DNA of 64,000 bases, taken from positions 32,706,430 through 32,770,429 of the forward strand of contig NC_090399.1 of NCBI RefSeq assembly GCF_036365525.1, written 5' to 3'. A program made the translations under genes and the position numbers. Shown piece after piece: positions 50,091 through 61,900 of the stretch. How positions within the stretch are numbered: the first letter of the stretch is position 1; every line of letters begins with the position of its first letter. Origin of the DNA: Heterodontus francisci. Lineage: Eukaryota. Below the pieces are notes generated by a model that saw only the letters and a program-made list of their open reading frames with translations, was not told the DNA's origin and searched no databases.

Positions 50091-53017
50091 CCACAATGAA
50101 GTCAGGTCACAAGTTTCTCTGAACCATCATGGATTTGTCCACTAGGTTTCCAGAGGCACCAGCTTTGAGAAATATCACTGTGAAAGTTGTGATTGAGGGT
50201 TAATTCAGTTTTTCATTCGATATGGATTGCCAAAAGAAATTCAGTTGGACCAGGGGTCAAATTTCATGTTGGGGTATTTCAAGAGATCACAGTAATTTGT
50301 GAGTGAAACAGCTCAAATCGTCTGCGGTTACAAGGTGCTTTGGAAAAGTATCACCAAACCTGCAAAAGTATGATAATGACCTATTGTTCTGAGTATCCTC
50401 ATGATTGGAATAAGGGGATATCATTTTTATTACTGCCACTAGGGACACACCAAATGAGTCCACTGATTTCAGTCCATTTGAATTGGTCCATGGGCATGAG
50501 GTTAGGAGTTCCCTTAAACTCATTAAGGGGAGATTTGTAGCACAGGAAGAGGAAACTACCCTCTTAGATTATGTGTCAGAGTTTCAACAAAGACTCACAC
50601 AAGTTTATGAGGTGGCAGAGAACATCAAGAACAGCAAACGGAAAGAACAGCTAAGGCACACAGTAATGGCCTGCTATCCGACCCGAACCCAAAGGATGAT
50701 ATAATTGAACCCCGTCAAAGTAGCTGGAGTTCTCCAGTTGTGCTGGCACAAAAGCCAGATGGTTTCAAAAGATTTTGTACTGATTATCAGAAAGTCAATG
50801 CAGTAACTAAAACAGACTTTTTATCGAAAACCACAACTTGAGGATTATATTGACAAAGTGGGGAATTCAATCTTTATTCGCAAGATTACTTGCTGAAAAG
50901 TTATTGGAACATCCCCTTGACCAACCAAGCTAAAGAAGTTTCTGCCTTTGTGACCCCAGATGGCCTATCTCAGTTTAAGGTCATGCTGTTTACTTAGAAA
51001 AATGCACCAGCAACATTTCAAAGGTTGATTAACCATGTGATTGCTGGACGAAGCAATTACATTGTGTACCTGGATGATTTGTGGGTATACAGTGACACTT
51101 GGGAGGATCATGTTCTACAGGTTGGAGAAAGCCAATTTGGTAGTGAACTTAGCGAAGTTTGCCAAGCTCAAGGTCGTGGGTCAAGGTCAAGTGTTGCCTA
51201 AAGAAGCTAAGGTTCAGGTGATAATAGACATTCCAGTCCCCAAGACAAAACGGGAGACAGTACAATTCCTAGGGATGTGTGGGTTCTGCCAGAAATTCAT
51301 TCCTAACTTCAGTACAGTAGCTGAACCACTGACAATTTTGTTTAAAATTAAGGATATGAAGGTCCAGTGGACAGAATCCTGTCAAATAGCATTTGAAAAG
51401 TTAAAGACCATTTTAATAAATGAACCCATTCTAGCAGCACCAAATTTTGGCAAGCCCTTTACAGTAGTGACTGATGCCAGTGATGTAGGAGTAAGAGCAG
51501 TATTACTCCAGGATGATGATACTGCTTTCGAACCACCAGTCATTTCTCCAGAAAACTCAATAAGTACCAGAAGTACTCCATGAGTGAAAAGGAGGCTTTA
51601 GGGCTCATTTTGACTCTTCAACATTTTGAAGTATACGTCAATAATGGGCAAGGAGAAATAACTGTTTATACCGGTCATAATCCATTAAGGTTTTTAGAGA
51701 AGTTCAAAACCAAGAATGCCAGATTAAGTTGGTGGAGTTTAACGTTGCAACCATTTACCCTAAAGACTGTACATGTTACAGGAAAAAGCAATGTAATTGC
51801 CGATGCTCTATTCAGAATTTAAAGAAAGGGTATAATGGAGGAAAGCAACTCAGATATAAAATACTGTTACCGGTGTAAAGAGTTCATAATGTAAATGTTT
51901 ACAATGTTATATGTTGATAATGTTGTAAAGAAATAATTGCTACAGTAATGAATTTTCTATTTTTTGGGGGGGATGTTATGAACACTGGACTTTGTAGCAT
52001 TTAACTTTGCAGGTTTTAAAAACTGGGACTTTTAAAAGTTAAGATGGAGTCAGAGATGTCAGGTGACCTCACATCAACTCTGCTTAAAGACATTTTGGTC
52101 ACCAGGACAAGAACCCAGATCAAAGACCTTTCTGAAAAGCAGTGACTGTAGGGCATTTACCACCTGATGAACAATGGGTTTCACCCTCCCAGATTTTCAG
52201 ATCGTATACAAGAAGGCAGTGACTCTGAGGATGTAAATACAAGTGGAAATTGGCAACACCAGGAAACAATGAAAAGCCTGGGTGGCTCTGCTGTAGCCAG
52301 ACTTGTGGACTTTGCAGATTGGAAGAGACAACTGGCTATTGACTTTGATTCTGGATAAATTCAACAGATATTCAGAAGCCACCAGGCTGTAACGAAGACC
52401 AGCTGTGGAAGCCTCAGAGAGGAGAGAGAGAGAGAAAACACCTGCTCTCAGAAGACTGATACAACGAAAGGTTGCAAAACTTTAACCTGTTTTGAAAGTT
52501 CATGTTAGCGGAGAAGTGAAGACCAACCAGATCACCAGGGATCACCTTATTCACATACAGCCAGGCCGAAAGTGCTGGGAAGAAGTCAGCAAAGAGGACA
52601 TTGACTTTGAGAAAGGTCTGGGAGATCCAACCCATTGCAACTGGCAGGGGTTTGGGACTTTTAGCAGCAGAGATATCACCATCAAGGAGAATCGTGCAAC
52701 ATATAAGTGTGGTGCGAGGTTTACAAGTGTTTGAATAAATGAATATCTTTCTCTGTAACTTGGGGTATCAGCTACTTACAAAATATTGTTTAGTTAATGG
52801 GAATTTTTTTTTAGTTTCGATAAATCTTGCCCTGTAATTCCTGAAATTGCTCTGGGAAGGACATATCTTGTGTTTTACCATTAACGGTCTCACTGAGGTG
52901 GAAACACTGTGTATCCTGGGCCTCAGCCTGTCCTGGGCTGGTAGCTCAGCACTGACCCTCCCTCCTGTGCTCCTGCTCTGAGGCTGGGTCCCCTCTAACA
53001 GTGAGAGGCAGTCTTAC

Positions 53018-53281
53018 CGTAAATCAGCACCATCATCTCCGTCAGCCCGCTGTGCTCCACCCGACAGGAATACTCAGCCTGGTCTTCCGGATCAAACTCT
53101 ATCCATTTCCGGATCTGGTAGGTTCTGTCGTGATTGGGTAAAATCCCAGAGGACAGGGTCTCATTGATCATCACTCCATCTCTCCACAGAGTCACCTCGA
53201 TGGCCTGAGGGTAAAACCCAATGACGACACAGGACAGCCGGTTAGAACCACCCGGACGGGTAAAGGACACAACGGGGGTGA
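53018..53281 (-). CDS. MHC class I alpha3 (Ig C1-set) exon (264 nt)
   Basis: CTCTCTCAG|(V)TPVVSF..LSCVVIGFYPQAIEVTLWRDG..LPNHDRTYQ..YSCRVEHSGL..IY G|GTAAGA. Confidence 0.95.
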
Positions 53282-53387
53282 CTGAGAGAGAGAGAGAAAA
53301 AAGAGGAATCAGTACAAGAACCTCGAGGTTGTGTGTCCCAGAGACCCCCAATTCACCAACTCACACTTCCCCTCATATACCCCCACG

Positions 53388-54611
53388 ACCTCACTCGCCG
53401 ACACTCAGCCCCTCCCTCCCCCCCACTCGCCGATATTCGGTCCCTCTCTCCCCACCCCCCCCTCACTCGCCGACACTCAGTCCCTCCCTCCCCCCCCTCC
53501 CTCACTCGCCGACACTCGGTCCCTCCCCCCCCTCCCTCACTCGCCGACACTCGGTCCCTCCCTCCGCCCCCTCCCTCACTCGCCGACACTCGGTCCCTCC
53601 CCCCCTCCCTCACTCGCCAACACAGTCCCTCTCTCCCCCCCCACCTCACTCGCCAACACTCAGTCCCTCCCCCCCTCCCTCACTCGTCGACACTCAGTCC
53701 CTCCCTCCCCCCTTCCCTCACTCGTCGACACTCAGTCCCTCCCTCCCCCCCCTCCCTCACACGCCGACACTCGGCCCCTCCCTCCCCCCCACTCGCCGAG
53801 AGTCGGTCCCTCTCTCCCCCCACCCCCCCATTCGCTGACACAGTCCCTCCCTCCGCCTCCTCCCTCACTCGCCGACACTCGCCGACACTCGGTCCCTCCC
53901 TCCGCCCCCTCCCTCACTCGCCGACACTCGGTCCCTCCGCCCCCTCCCTCACTCGCCGACACTCGGTCCCTCCCCCCTCCCTCACTCGACGACACTCAGT
54001 CCCTCCCTCCCCCCTCACTCGCCGACACTCGGCCCCTCCCTCCCCCCCTCACTCAGCGACACTCGGTCCCTCCCCCCCTCCCTCACTCGCCGACACTCGG
54101 TCCCTCCCTCCCCCCTCACTCGCCGACACTCGGTCCCTCCCCCCCTCCCTCACTCGCCGACACTCGGTCCCACCCTCCCCCCCTCCCTCACTCGCCGACA
54201 CTCGGCCCCTCCCTCCCCCCCACTCGCCGAGAGTCGGTCCCTCTCTCCCCCCCCCCCCTCACTCGCCGACACAGTCCCTCCCTCCGCCCCCTCCCTCACT
54301 CGCCGACACTCGGTCCCTCCCCCCCCTCCCTCACTCGCCGACACTCGGTCCCTCCCCCCCCTCCCTCACTCGCCGACACTCGGTCCCTCTCTCCCTCCCC
54401 TCACTCGCCGACACAGTCCCTCCCTCCGCCCCCTCCCTCACTCGCCGACACTCGGTCCCTCCCTCCCCCCCTCACTCGCCGACACTCAGTCCCTCCCTCA
54501 CTCGCCGACACTCAGTCCCTCCCCCCCTCCCTCACTCGCCGACACTCAGTCCCTCCCTCCCCCCCTCACTCGCCGACATTCAGTCCCTCCCTCCCTCCCC
54601 CCCTCACTCAC
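53388..54611. repeat. C-rich ~33-38-bp minisatellite filling the alpha2-alpha3 intron
   Basis: Core CCTCACTCGCCGACACTCGGTCCCT, roughly 35 copies. Confidence 0.95.
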
Positions 54612-54884
54612 CGACTCTCAGTTCTTGCTGTCCGTACTGCAGGTATTTCCTCAGCCACTCAATACACTCCTCCTCCAGGTAATTCTTCCACTGGTGGGCT
54701 GTCACCATGTCCTGGTTCCACCTGTTTTTGATGCTCTCCGCCCATTGGACCGGTGTCACCCACACCATGTGATCCCTGTCAAAGCTCATGAGGTCTCGTC
54801 CATCCCATCCCCTCTGGACAAACCCAGTGCTGGTCCCATCATCCCGCAAGTCACAGCCGGTCAGCATCTGGTACATGTGGGTCC
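54612..54884 (-). CDS. MHC class I alpha2 exon (273 nt)
   Basis: TGACAG|(G)THMYQMLTGCDL..GWDGRDLMSFD..IKNRWN..YLEEECIEWLRKYLQYG..LRV G|GTGAGT; both Cys present. Confidence 0.95.
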
Positions 54885-54959
54885 CTGTCAATCAGACACA
54901 CACAGCCAATCAGACCCAGTCCCAATGGGAGACCCTGACCATCTCACGCTCAGCCAATC

Positions 54960-57895
54960 TGAAATAAAACAAAGAAATGCTGGAAATACTCAGCAGGTCT
55001 GGCAGCATCTGTGCAGAGAGAAGCAGAGTTAACGTTTCAGGTCAGTGACCTTTCATCAGAACTGGCAAATATTAGAAATGTAAAAGGTTTCAAGCAAGTA
55101 AAGTGGGGGTTGGGGCAAGAGATAACAAAAGAGAAAGTAATGATCGGACAAGGTCACAGAATAAATGGCCAGAAGGTCATGGAGGAAAGGCAATCGGTAT
55201 GTTAATGGTGTGCTGAAAGACAAAGTGTTAGTACAGAGAGGGTGTGAATAGACTGTAAAGCACAAAGCACTCCAAGCACAAACATTAAAAAACATTTTAA
55301 AGAAACAAAACAGTGGGTAAGTACAGTGGAAACAAACTAAACAAATTGAAAAACCAAAAATTAAATAACCAAATAAAAAAGGAAAAAGAAAAAAGAAAAA
55401 AATAGAAAAAATAACTAAGCATAAAAAGCTCGGGGGCATGCTCACGGACTGAGCGGAGGTGTTCCGCAAAGCGGTCACCCAATGTTCGTTTGGTCTCCCC
55501 AGTGTAGGGAGACCACATTGTGAGCAGCGAATACAGTATACTACATTGAAAGTACAACAAGTAAATCGCTACTTCACCTGAAAGGAGTGTTTGGGGACTG
55601 GGATAGTGAGGAGAGAGGAGGTAAATGGGCAGGTATTACACCTCCTGCGATTGCAGGGGAAGGTGCCATGGGACGGGGACGAGGTGGTGGGGGTAATGGA
55701 GGAGTGGACCACGGTGTCACAGAGGGAACGATCCCTTCGGAACGCTGACAGGGGAAGGGAGGGGAAGATGCGTTTGGTAGTGGCATCATGTCGGATGTGG
55801 CTGAAATGGCGGAGGCTGATGGGGTGGAAATTGAGGACAAGGGGAACCCTGTCACGGTTCTGGGAGGGAGGGGATGGGGTGAGGGTAGAGGTGCGGGAAA
55901 TGGGACGGACACGGTTGAGGGCTCTGTCAACCACAGTGGGGGGTAATCCTCGGTTGAGGAAAAAGGAAGACATATCAGAAGTGCTGTCATGGAAGGTAGC
56001 ATCATCAGAGCAGATGCGTCCGAGATGGAGAAACTGGGAGAATGGAATGGAGTCCTTACAGGAGGCAGGGTGTGAAGAAGTGTAGTCAAGGTAGCTGTGG
56101 GAGTCGGTGGGCTTATAATGAATATTCGTAGACAGCCTAGCCCCAGAGATGGAGATAGAGAAGTCGAAGAAGGGAAGTGTCAGAGATGGATCATGTAAAG
56201 GTGAGAGAAGGGTGGAAATTAGACGCAAAGTTAATGAAGTTTTCTAGTTCCGGGTGGGAACAGGAAACGGCACCGATACAGTCATCAATGTACTGGAAAA
56301 AGAGTTGGGGGAGGGGGGCCTGAGTAGGACAGGAACAAGGAATGTTCGACATATCCCACAAAAATTCAGGCATAACTAGGACCCATGTGAGAAACCCATA
56401 GCAACACCTTTTACTTGAAGGAAGTGAGAGGAGTTGAAGGAGAAGTTGTTCAATGTGAGAACGAGTTCAGCCAGGTGGAGGAGGGTGGTGGTGGATGGGG
56501 ACTGGTTGGGCCTCTGTTCAAGGAAGAAGCGGAGAGCCCTCAAACCATCCTGGTGGGGGATGGAGGTGTAGAGCGATTGGACACCCATAGTGAAGAGGTG
56601 GTGAGGGCCAGGAAACTGGGGTCAGAAGAGTTATGAATGTTGGTGGGAAGAGACTACAGGAGAAAAGATAGAGTCAAGATAGGAAGAAATAAGTTCTGCG
56701 GGGCAGGAGCAGGCTGACACAAAGGGTCTGCCAGGACAGTCCTGTTTGTGGATTTTGGGAAGGAGGTAGAAGCGAGCGGTCCAGGGTTGTGGGACTATGA
56801 GGTTGGAAGCTGTAGAGGGAAGATCTTCAGAGGAGATGAGGTCAATGACAGTCCTGTGGACAGTAGCCTGATGTTCGGTGGTGGGGTCATATTCCAGGAG
56901 GAGGTAGGAAGAAGTGTCTGAGAGTTGGCGCTGAGCCCCAGCAAGGTAGATGTTGGTATGCCATACAACAACAGCACCACCTCTTATCTGCAGGTTTGAT
57001 GACAATCTCGGGGTTAGACCTGAGAGAACAGAGTGTGGCAAGTTCAGAGGGGGGCAGGTTAGAGTGAGTGAGGGGGGCAGAAAAATTGAGATGGCCGATG
57101 TCTCGCTGACAGTTTTCAATGAAAAGATCAAGAAAGGGTAAGAGACCAGAAGGAGGGATACAGGTAGAGGGGGACTGCTGGAGGTGGGTGAATGGGTCTG
57201 CTGATCAGGGGGAGGGCACCTAGTCAAAGAAGTGACGGAGTCAAAGGCGACGGAAGAAGTGCTCAACATCATGCCGAGCACGGAATTCATTGAGGGTGGG
57301 GGCGTAAGGGGAGAAAACTGAGACCTTTGCTGAGTACAAAATGTTCAGCGTCAGAGAGGGGGAGGTCAGAGGGTATCGTGAATACACGGCAAGGAGTCAG
57401 ATCAGAAGGGTTGGGTTAAGAGGTAAGTGAAGGGGAAGAAGGATCTGGAGGGGCATTAGTCCCCATCAGCTGCTGGAGTCTATGTTCCTTGACACCTGAA
57501 AGGAAGAAAAAAAGTTTTTTGTTAATGTGTTGGATGAGACAAAGGATGAAATGAAACTGCAGAGTCGAACAGCTCCGAGATAAGAGGCAGTGCTGCTGGA
57601 GAGAGAGGTCCAGTGTGTGCATGTGGTGGCGCATAGCACGGAGTGTGGATCTTAGGATGCAGCAAGAACAGCAGTCCGAGGAACATTGTATTTCTCGGAG
57701 ATATCTGTAATCCTGGGTGGATTCAAAACACGAAGGATGAATCTTCAGTTGGAAACCACGTGGAATAAGTTGGAGCCGGAGATAGTCACTGAGGAAGGAG
57801 ATGTGGCTGTGAAAATAGGTTTGGTGGATACTTTATCAAACACCAGGAGGGAAATAGAAAGCAATGAAAGTGAACAAGGTAAAAGAGACAAATTA
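54960..57895 (-). mobile_element. Penelope-like element (RT, GIY-YIG endonuclease, pLTR), decayed
   Basis: FYLLPKIHK, SLYTSIP, QVKGVAMG, QYIDDC, HYKPTDSHSYL, YTGETKRTLGDRFAEH. Confidence 0.92.
55027..55063 (-). ncRNA. Minimal type I hammerhead ribozyme with intact core
   Basis: AGTT-CTGATGA-A-AGGTC(ACT)GACCT-GAAAC-GTT-AACT; stems I and II pair; stem III is palindromic with no loop. Confidence 0.75.
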
Positions 57896-58580
57896 GCCAA
57901 TGAGACCCAGTCCCACTGGGAGATCCCGCCCACCATACACAGCCAATCAGACCTAGTCCCACTGGGAGGCCCCGCCCACCATACGCAGCCAATCAGACCC
58001 AGTCCCACTGGGAGATCCCGCCCACCATACACAGCTAATCAGACCCAGTCCCACTGGGAGATCCCGCCCACCATACACAGCCAATCAGACCCAGTCCCAC
58101 TGGGAGATCCCGCCCACCATACACAGCCAATCAGACCCAGTCCCACTGGGAGGCCCCGCCCACCATACACAGCTAATCAGACCCAGTCCCACTGGGAGAT
58201 CCCGCCCACCGTACACAGCCAATCAGACCCAGTCCCACTGGGAGATCCCGCCCACCATACACAGCCAATCAGACCCAGTCCCACTGGGAGATCCCGCCCA
58301 CCATACACAGCCAATCAGACCCAGTCCCACTGGGAGGCCCCGCCCACCATACACAGCTAATCAGACCCAGTCCCACTGGGAGATCCCGCCCACCGTACAC
58401 AGCCAATCAGACCTAGTCCCACTGGGAGATCCCGCCCACCATACACAGCCAATCAGACCCAGTCCCACTGGGAGGCCCCGCCCAACATACGCAGCCAATC
58501 AGACCCAGTCCCACTGGGAGATCCCGCCCACCATACACAGCCAATCAGACCCAGTCCCACTGGGAGACTCCACCCACACT
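57895..58580. repeat. 46-bp minisatellite, about 15 copies, with a remnant at 54886-54959
   Basis: Unit CAGACCCAGTCCCACTGGGAGATCCCGCCCACCATACACAGCCAAT; period 46 (57942, 57988). Confidence 0.95.
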
Positions 58581-58850
58581 GCCTGGAATACATCACCTGG
58601 GGAACTGGGGGTATTAAAGAGGTCCCAATCTGAACCCAATTTGTGTATTTAAAAGGACACCTGCTACTGGATCTGTAAAAAGAAACAGGCCCTGGTAAAC
58701 CAATCTGTAAAAGTAAAGAAACGCAATCTAAATATTTAAAGAGAACTTGGATGCTGATCTGTCTATTGAAAAGGACACCCCTGAAATCTGATCCGTGTAT
58801 TTAAAGCAACACTCCCCCACATCCAAACTCTGGTCTCTATATTTAAAGGA

Positions 58851-58945
58851 ACAGCTCACCACCACCTTCTCAAGGGCAATTAGGGATGGGCAATAAATGC
58901 TGGCCTAGCCTGTGACGCCCACATCTTCTGAACAAATAAAAAAAA
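58851..58945 (+). mobile_element. Extreme 3' end of the tRNA-headed LINE family
   Basis: Matches 49293-49387, including the LINE-only CAGCTCACCACCACCTTC. Confidence 0.85.
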
Positions 58946-58999
58946 CACACTGCCCTGACCCCGGACCTGGTTCTGTGTATTTAAAGGAACACTCCCCTA

Positions 59000-61900
59000 T
59001 CTACCTGGAGGGAGTTGGGAGATGCGGTGGACCTGCGAAGAACCAACTACCAGTGAGCATATAAAGTGAGACCCAGCTCGGGGTCTTCACCTACCTGGAG
59101 GAAGTTGGGAGAGGTGGCGGACCTGTGAGGAACCTGGAGCGTATAAAGCGAGACCCAGGCTCAGTGTCTTCACCTACCTGGAGGGAGCCGGGAGAGGTGG
59201 CGGACCTGCGAAGAGCCAACTATATGCCGGAGTTCGAAAAAAAAAAACACCTCGACTTACCTGGGAGCGGAGCGGCGACTGGCGGACTTGAGAGGAAGCT
59301 GATCAGGAGCGGCGGCAGGCTATAAATAAAGAATGAGGCTCGAGGTCCTTACTTACCTGGGAACGGAGCGGCGACTGGCTCCCTGTGCCTCTCTGTGCCG
59401 GTGCACGATGAGACTCGAAAGAGGGAAAAAGACTGACAGTGACATCACGGGAAATGTGCAAGGTGATTGGTTGGTTAAGGAACAGCTGTTAGTGCATTTA
59501 AATAGCTTAAAAAAGGGAAAGTTGTTTTTTTGTTTGAAAAAAGACCTCAAATGATAAAGTGAATACTACTAGTGTGTTTTTTTTAATTAGTGTAATTTAG
59601 ATTGTAGGGGTAGTGTTTGGAGTAGAACAAGGCCCCTAGTGTAATCAGTACTTTTTTAAAGGGAGTAACTAATTAATCTGAGGGTAAGTCCTGACAGGAG
59701 AGCTCAGCCCCGTGATATGCTCCTCCTGTGCTATGTGTGAAATCAGGGACGCTTCCAGTCTCCCTGACGACCATGTGTGCAGTAAGTGTATCCATCTGCA
59801 GCTACTAGCAACCCGCATTACGGAGCTGGAGCTGTGGGTGGATTCACTGTGGAGCATCCGCGATGCTGAGGACGTCGTGGATAGCACGTTTAGTGAGGTG
59901 GTCACACTGCAGGTAATGGCTGCACAGGCAGAAAAGGGATGGGTGACCACCAGGGGGACTAGTAGGTGCAGACAGGTAGTGCAGGAGTCCCCTGTGGCCA
60001 TCCTCCTCTCAAACAGATATACCGCTTTGGATACTGTTGGGGGAGATGGCCTCCCAGGGGAAAGCAGCAACAGCCAGGTTCGTAGCACCACGGAGGGCTC
60101 TGCTGCACAGGAGGTGAGGAAAAGGGGTGGAAGAGCTATAGTGATAGGAGATTCTATCATAAGGGGTGCAGATAGGCGTTTCTGTGGCTACAAATGTGAC
60201 TCCAGGACGGTATGTTGCCTTCCTGGTGCTAGGGTCAAGGATGTCTCAGAGCGGACACAGGACATTCTGAAGGGAGAGGGTGAACAGTCAGAGGTCATGG
60301 TTCACATTGGTACCAACGACATAAGTAAAAAGAGGGCTGAGGCCCTGAAACAAGAATTTAGGGAGGTAGGTAGCAGATTAAAAAGCAGGACCTCAAAGGT
60401 TGTCATCTCTGGATTACTCCCAGTACCACGTGATGATGAGTATAGGAATAGGAGGATAGAGCAGATGAATGCGTGGCTTATGAGATGGTGCAGGAGGGAC
60501 GGTTTTAGTTTTCTGGATCACTGGGTCTGTATCTGGCAAAACTGGGACCTGTACAAGTTGGATGGGTTGTACCTGAACTGGAACGGGGCCAACATCCTTG
60601 CTGGGAGGTTTGCTGGTGCTGTTGGTTGGGGGGGGTTAAATTAATTTGGCAGGGAGATGGGATACAGAGTGGAGGTACAGTAGGGGGTGATGCTCAGTCA
60701 AATATAGAAGAGAAACTGAGTCAGTCTGGAAGGCAGAGCAAATATAAACCTGTTAAGGCACAAGTGAAAAATGCAAGGCTGGATTGCATCTATTTTAATG
60801 CAAGGAGTCTGACGAGTAAGGCAGATGAATTGAGGACATTGATTCGCACATGGGATTATGATATTGTTGCCATCACAGAGACACGGTTGAGGGTGGAGCA
60901 GGACTGGCAACGCAATATTCCAGGGTATAGAATCTTCAGGCATGACAGGGGAGGGGATAAAAGAGGAGGTGGTATTGCACTGTTGATCAAGGAGCCAATT
61001 ACTGCAGTAAGGAGGGATGATATCTTGGAAGGTTCCTCAAATGAGGTCATTTGGGTAGAACTTATAAACAAAAAGGGGGAAATCACTTGGCTGGGTGTGT
61101 ACTAGAGGCCTCCAAACAGTCAGGAGGAGATAGAGGAGCAGGCAAATCTCAGAGAGGTATAATAATAGTAGGGGATTTCAACTTCCCCAATATTAACTGG
61201 GATAGTCTTAGTGCAAAAGGCTTAAAGAGGGCGAAATTCTTAAAATGCATACAGGAGAGCTTTTTGAGCCAGTATGTAGAAAGTCGTACAAGAGCAGGGG
61301 CAGTACTGGACCTAATCCTAGGGAATGAAGCCAGACAATTGGTAGAAGTGTCAGTTGGAGAGCATTTTGGAGATAGTGACCATAACTCTAAGGTTTAAGG
61401 TCGTTATGGAAAAGAACAAAGATGGACCAGAAATAAAGGTACTGAATTGGGGGAAGGCCAATTTCAATATGATAAAACAGGATCTGGCCAAAGTGGACTG
61501 GGAGCAGCTACTTGTAGGAAAGTCTACATCACATCAGTGGGAGTCATTCAAAGAGGAAATAGTGAGAGTCCAGAGCCAACAACATGTACCCGTTAAGGTG
61601 AAGGGTAGGACCATCAAGTCCAGGGAACCCTGGATGTCAAGGGATACAGAGCATTGAATCAGGAAAAAAAAGGAGGTTTATGGCAGATCCCAAGCGCTGA
61701 AAACAGCGGAGGCACTAGAGGAGTATAGAAAGTGTAGGATACACTTAAAAAAGTAATTAGGAGAGCGAAGAGAGAGCATGAAAAAACACTGGTGGGCAAG
61801 ATAAAGAAAAATCTCAAGGCATTTTATAAGTATATTAAGGGCAAGAGGATAACCAGGGAAAGAGTAGGACAAAAGTAGGGACCAAAGTGGCAATCTGTGT

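Larger units (their letters stand above)
40457..52906 (+). mobile_element. Full-structure decayed Gmr1-like Gypsy provirus (LTR 40457-41815, PBS, gag-PR-IN-RT-RH, PPT, LTR 51974-52906), antisense in the MHC intron
   Basis: Paired diverged LTRs; tRNA-Pro-like PBS TGGGGCGCAAGGTCCGG; integrase (44433-44960, 50090-50600) precedes RT (YLDD ~51066) and RNase H (TDASDVG); PPT GGGGGGGA; flanks CTCT/CTGT. Confidence 0.92.

Noticed and set aside
53221-54731. Long Pro/Ser-rich ORFs (466, 449 and 205 aa)
   Set aside because: Translations of a stop-poor minisatellite, antisense to the MHC gene.
39776-58580. Regular arrays and repeat ORFs (39776-40387, 57686-58360) as CRISPR or repeat proteins
   Set aside because: Head-to-tail units with no unique spacers, unit lengths (35, 46) not multiples of 3, eukaryotic context.
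59255-59360. ACTTACCTGG as the 5' end of U1 snRNA
   Set aside because: Similarity stops after ~10 nt; better read as minus-strand splice-donor motifs.
59712-60644. 310-aa esterase ORF as a host or domesticated gene
   Set aside because: Known CR1 ORF1 architecture within a decayed element; the expected ATG appears as CTG and the catalytic His as Tyr.
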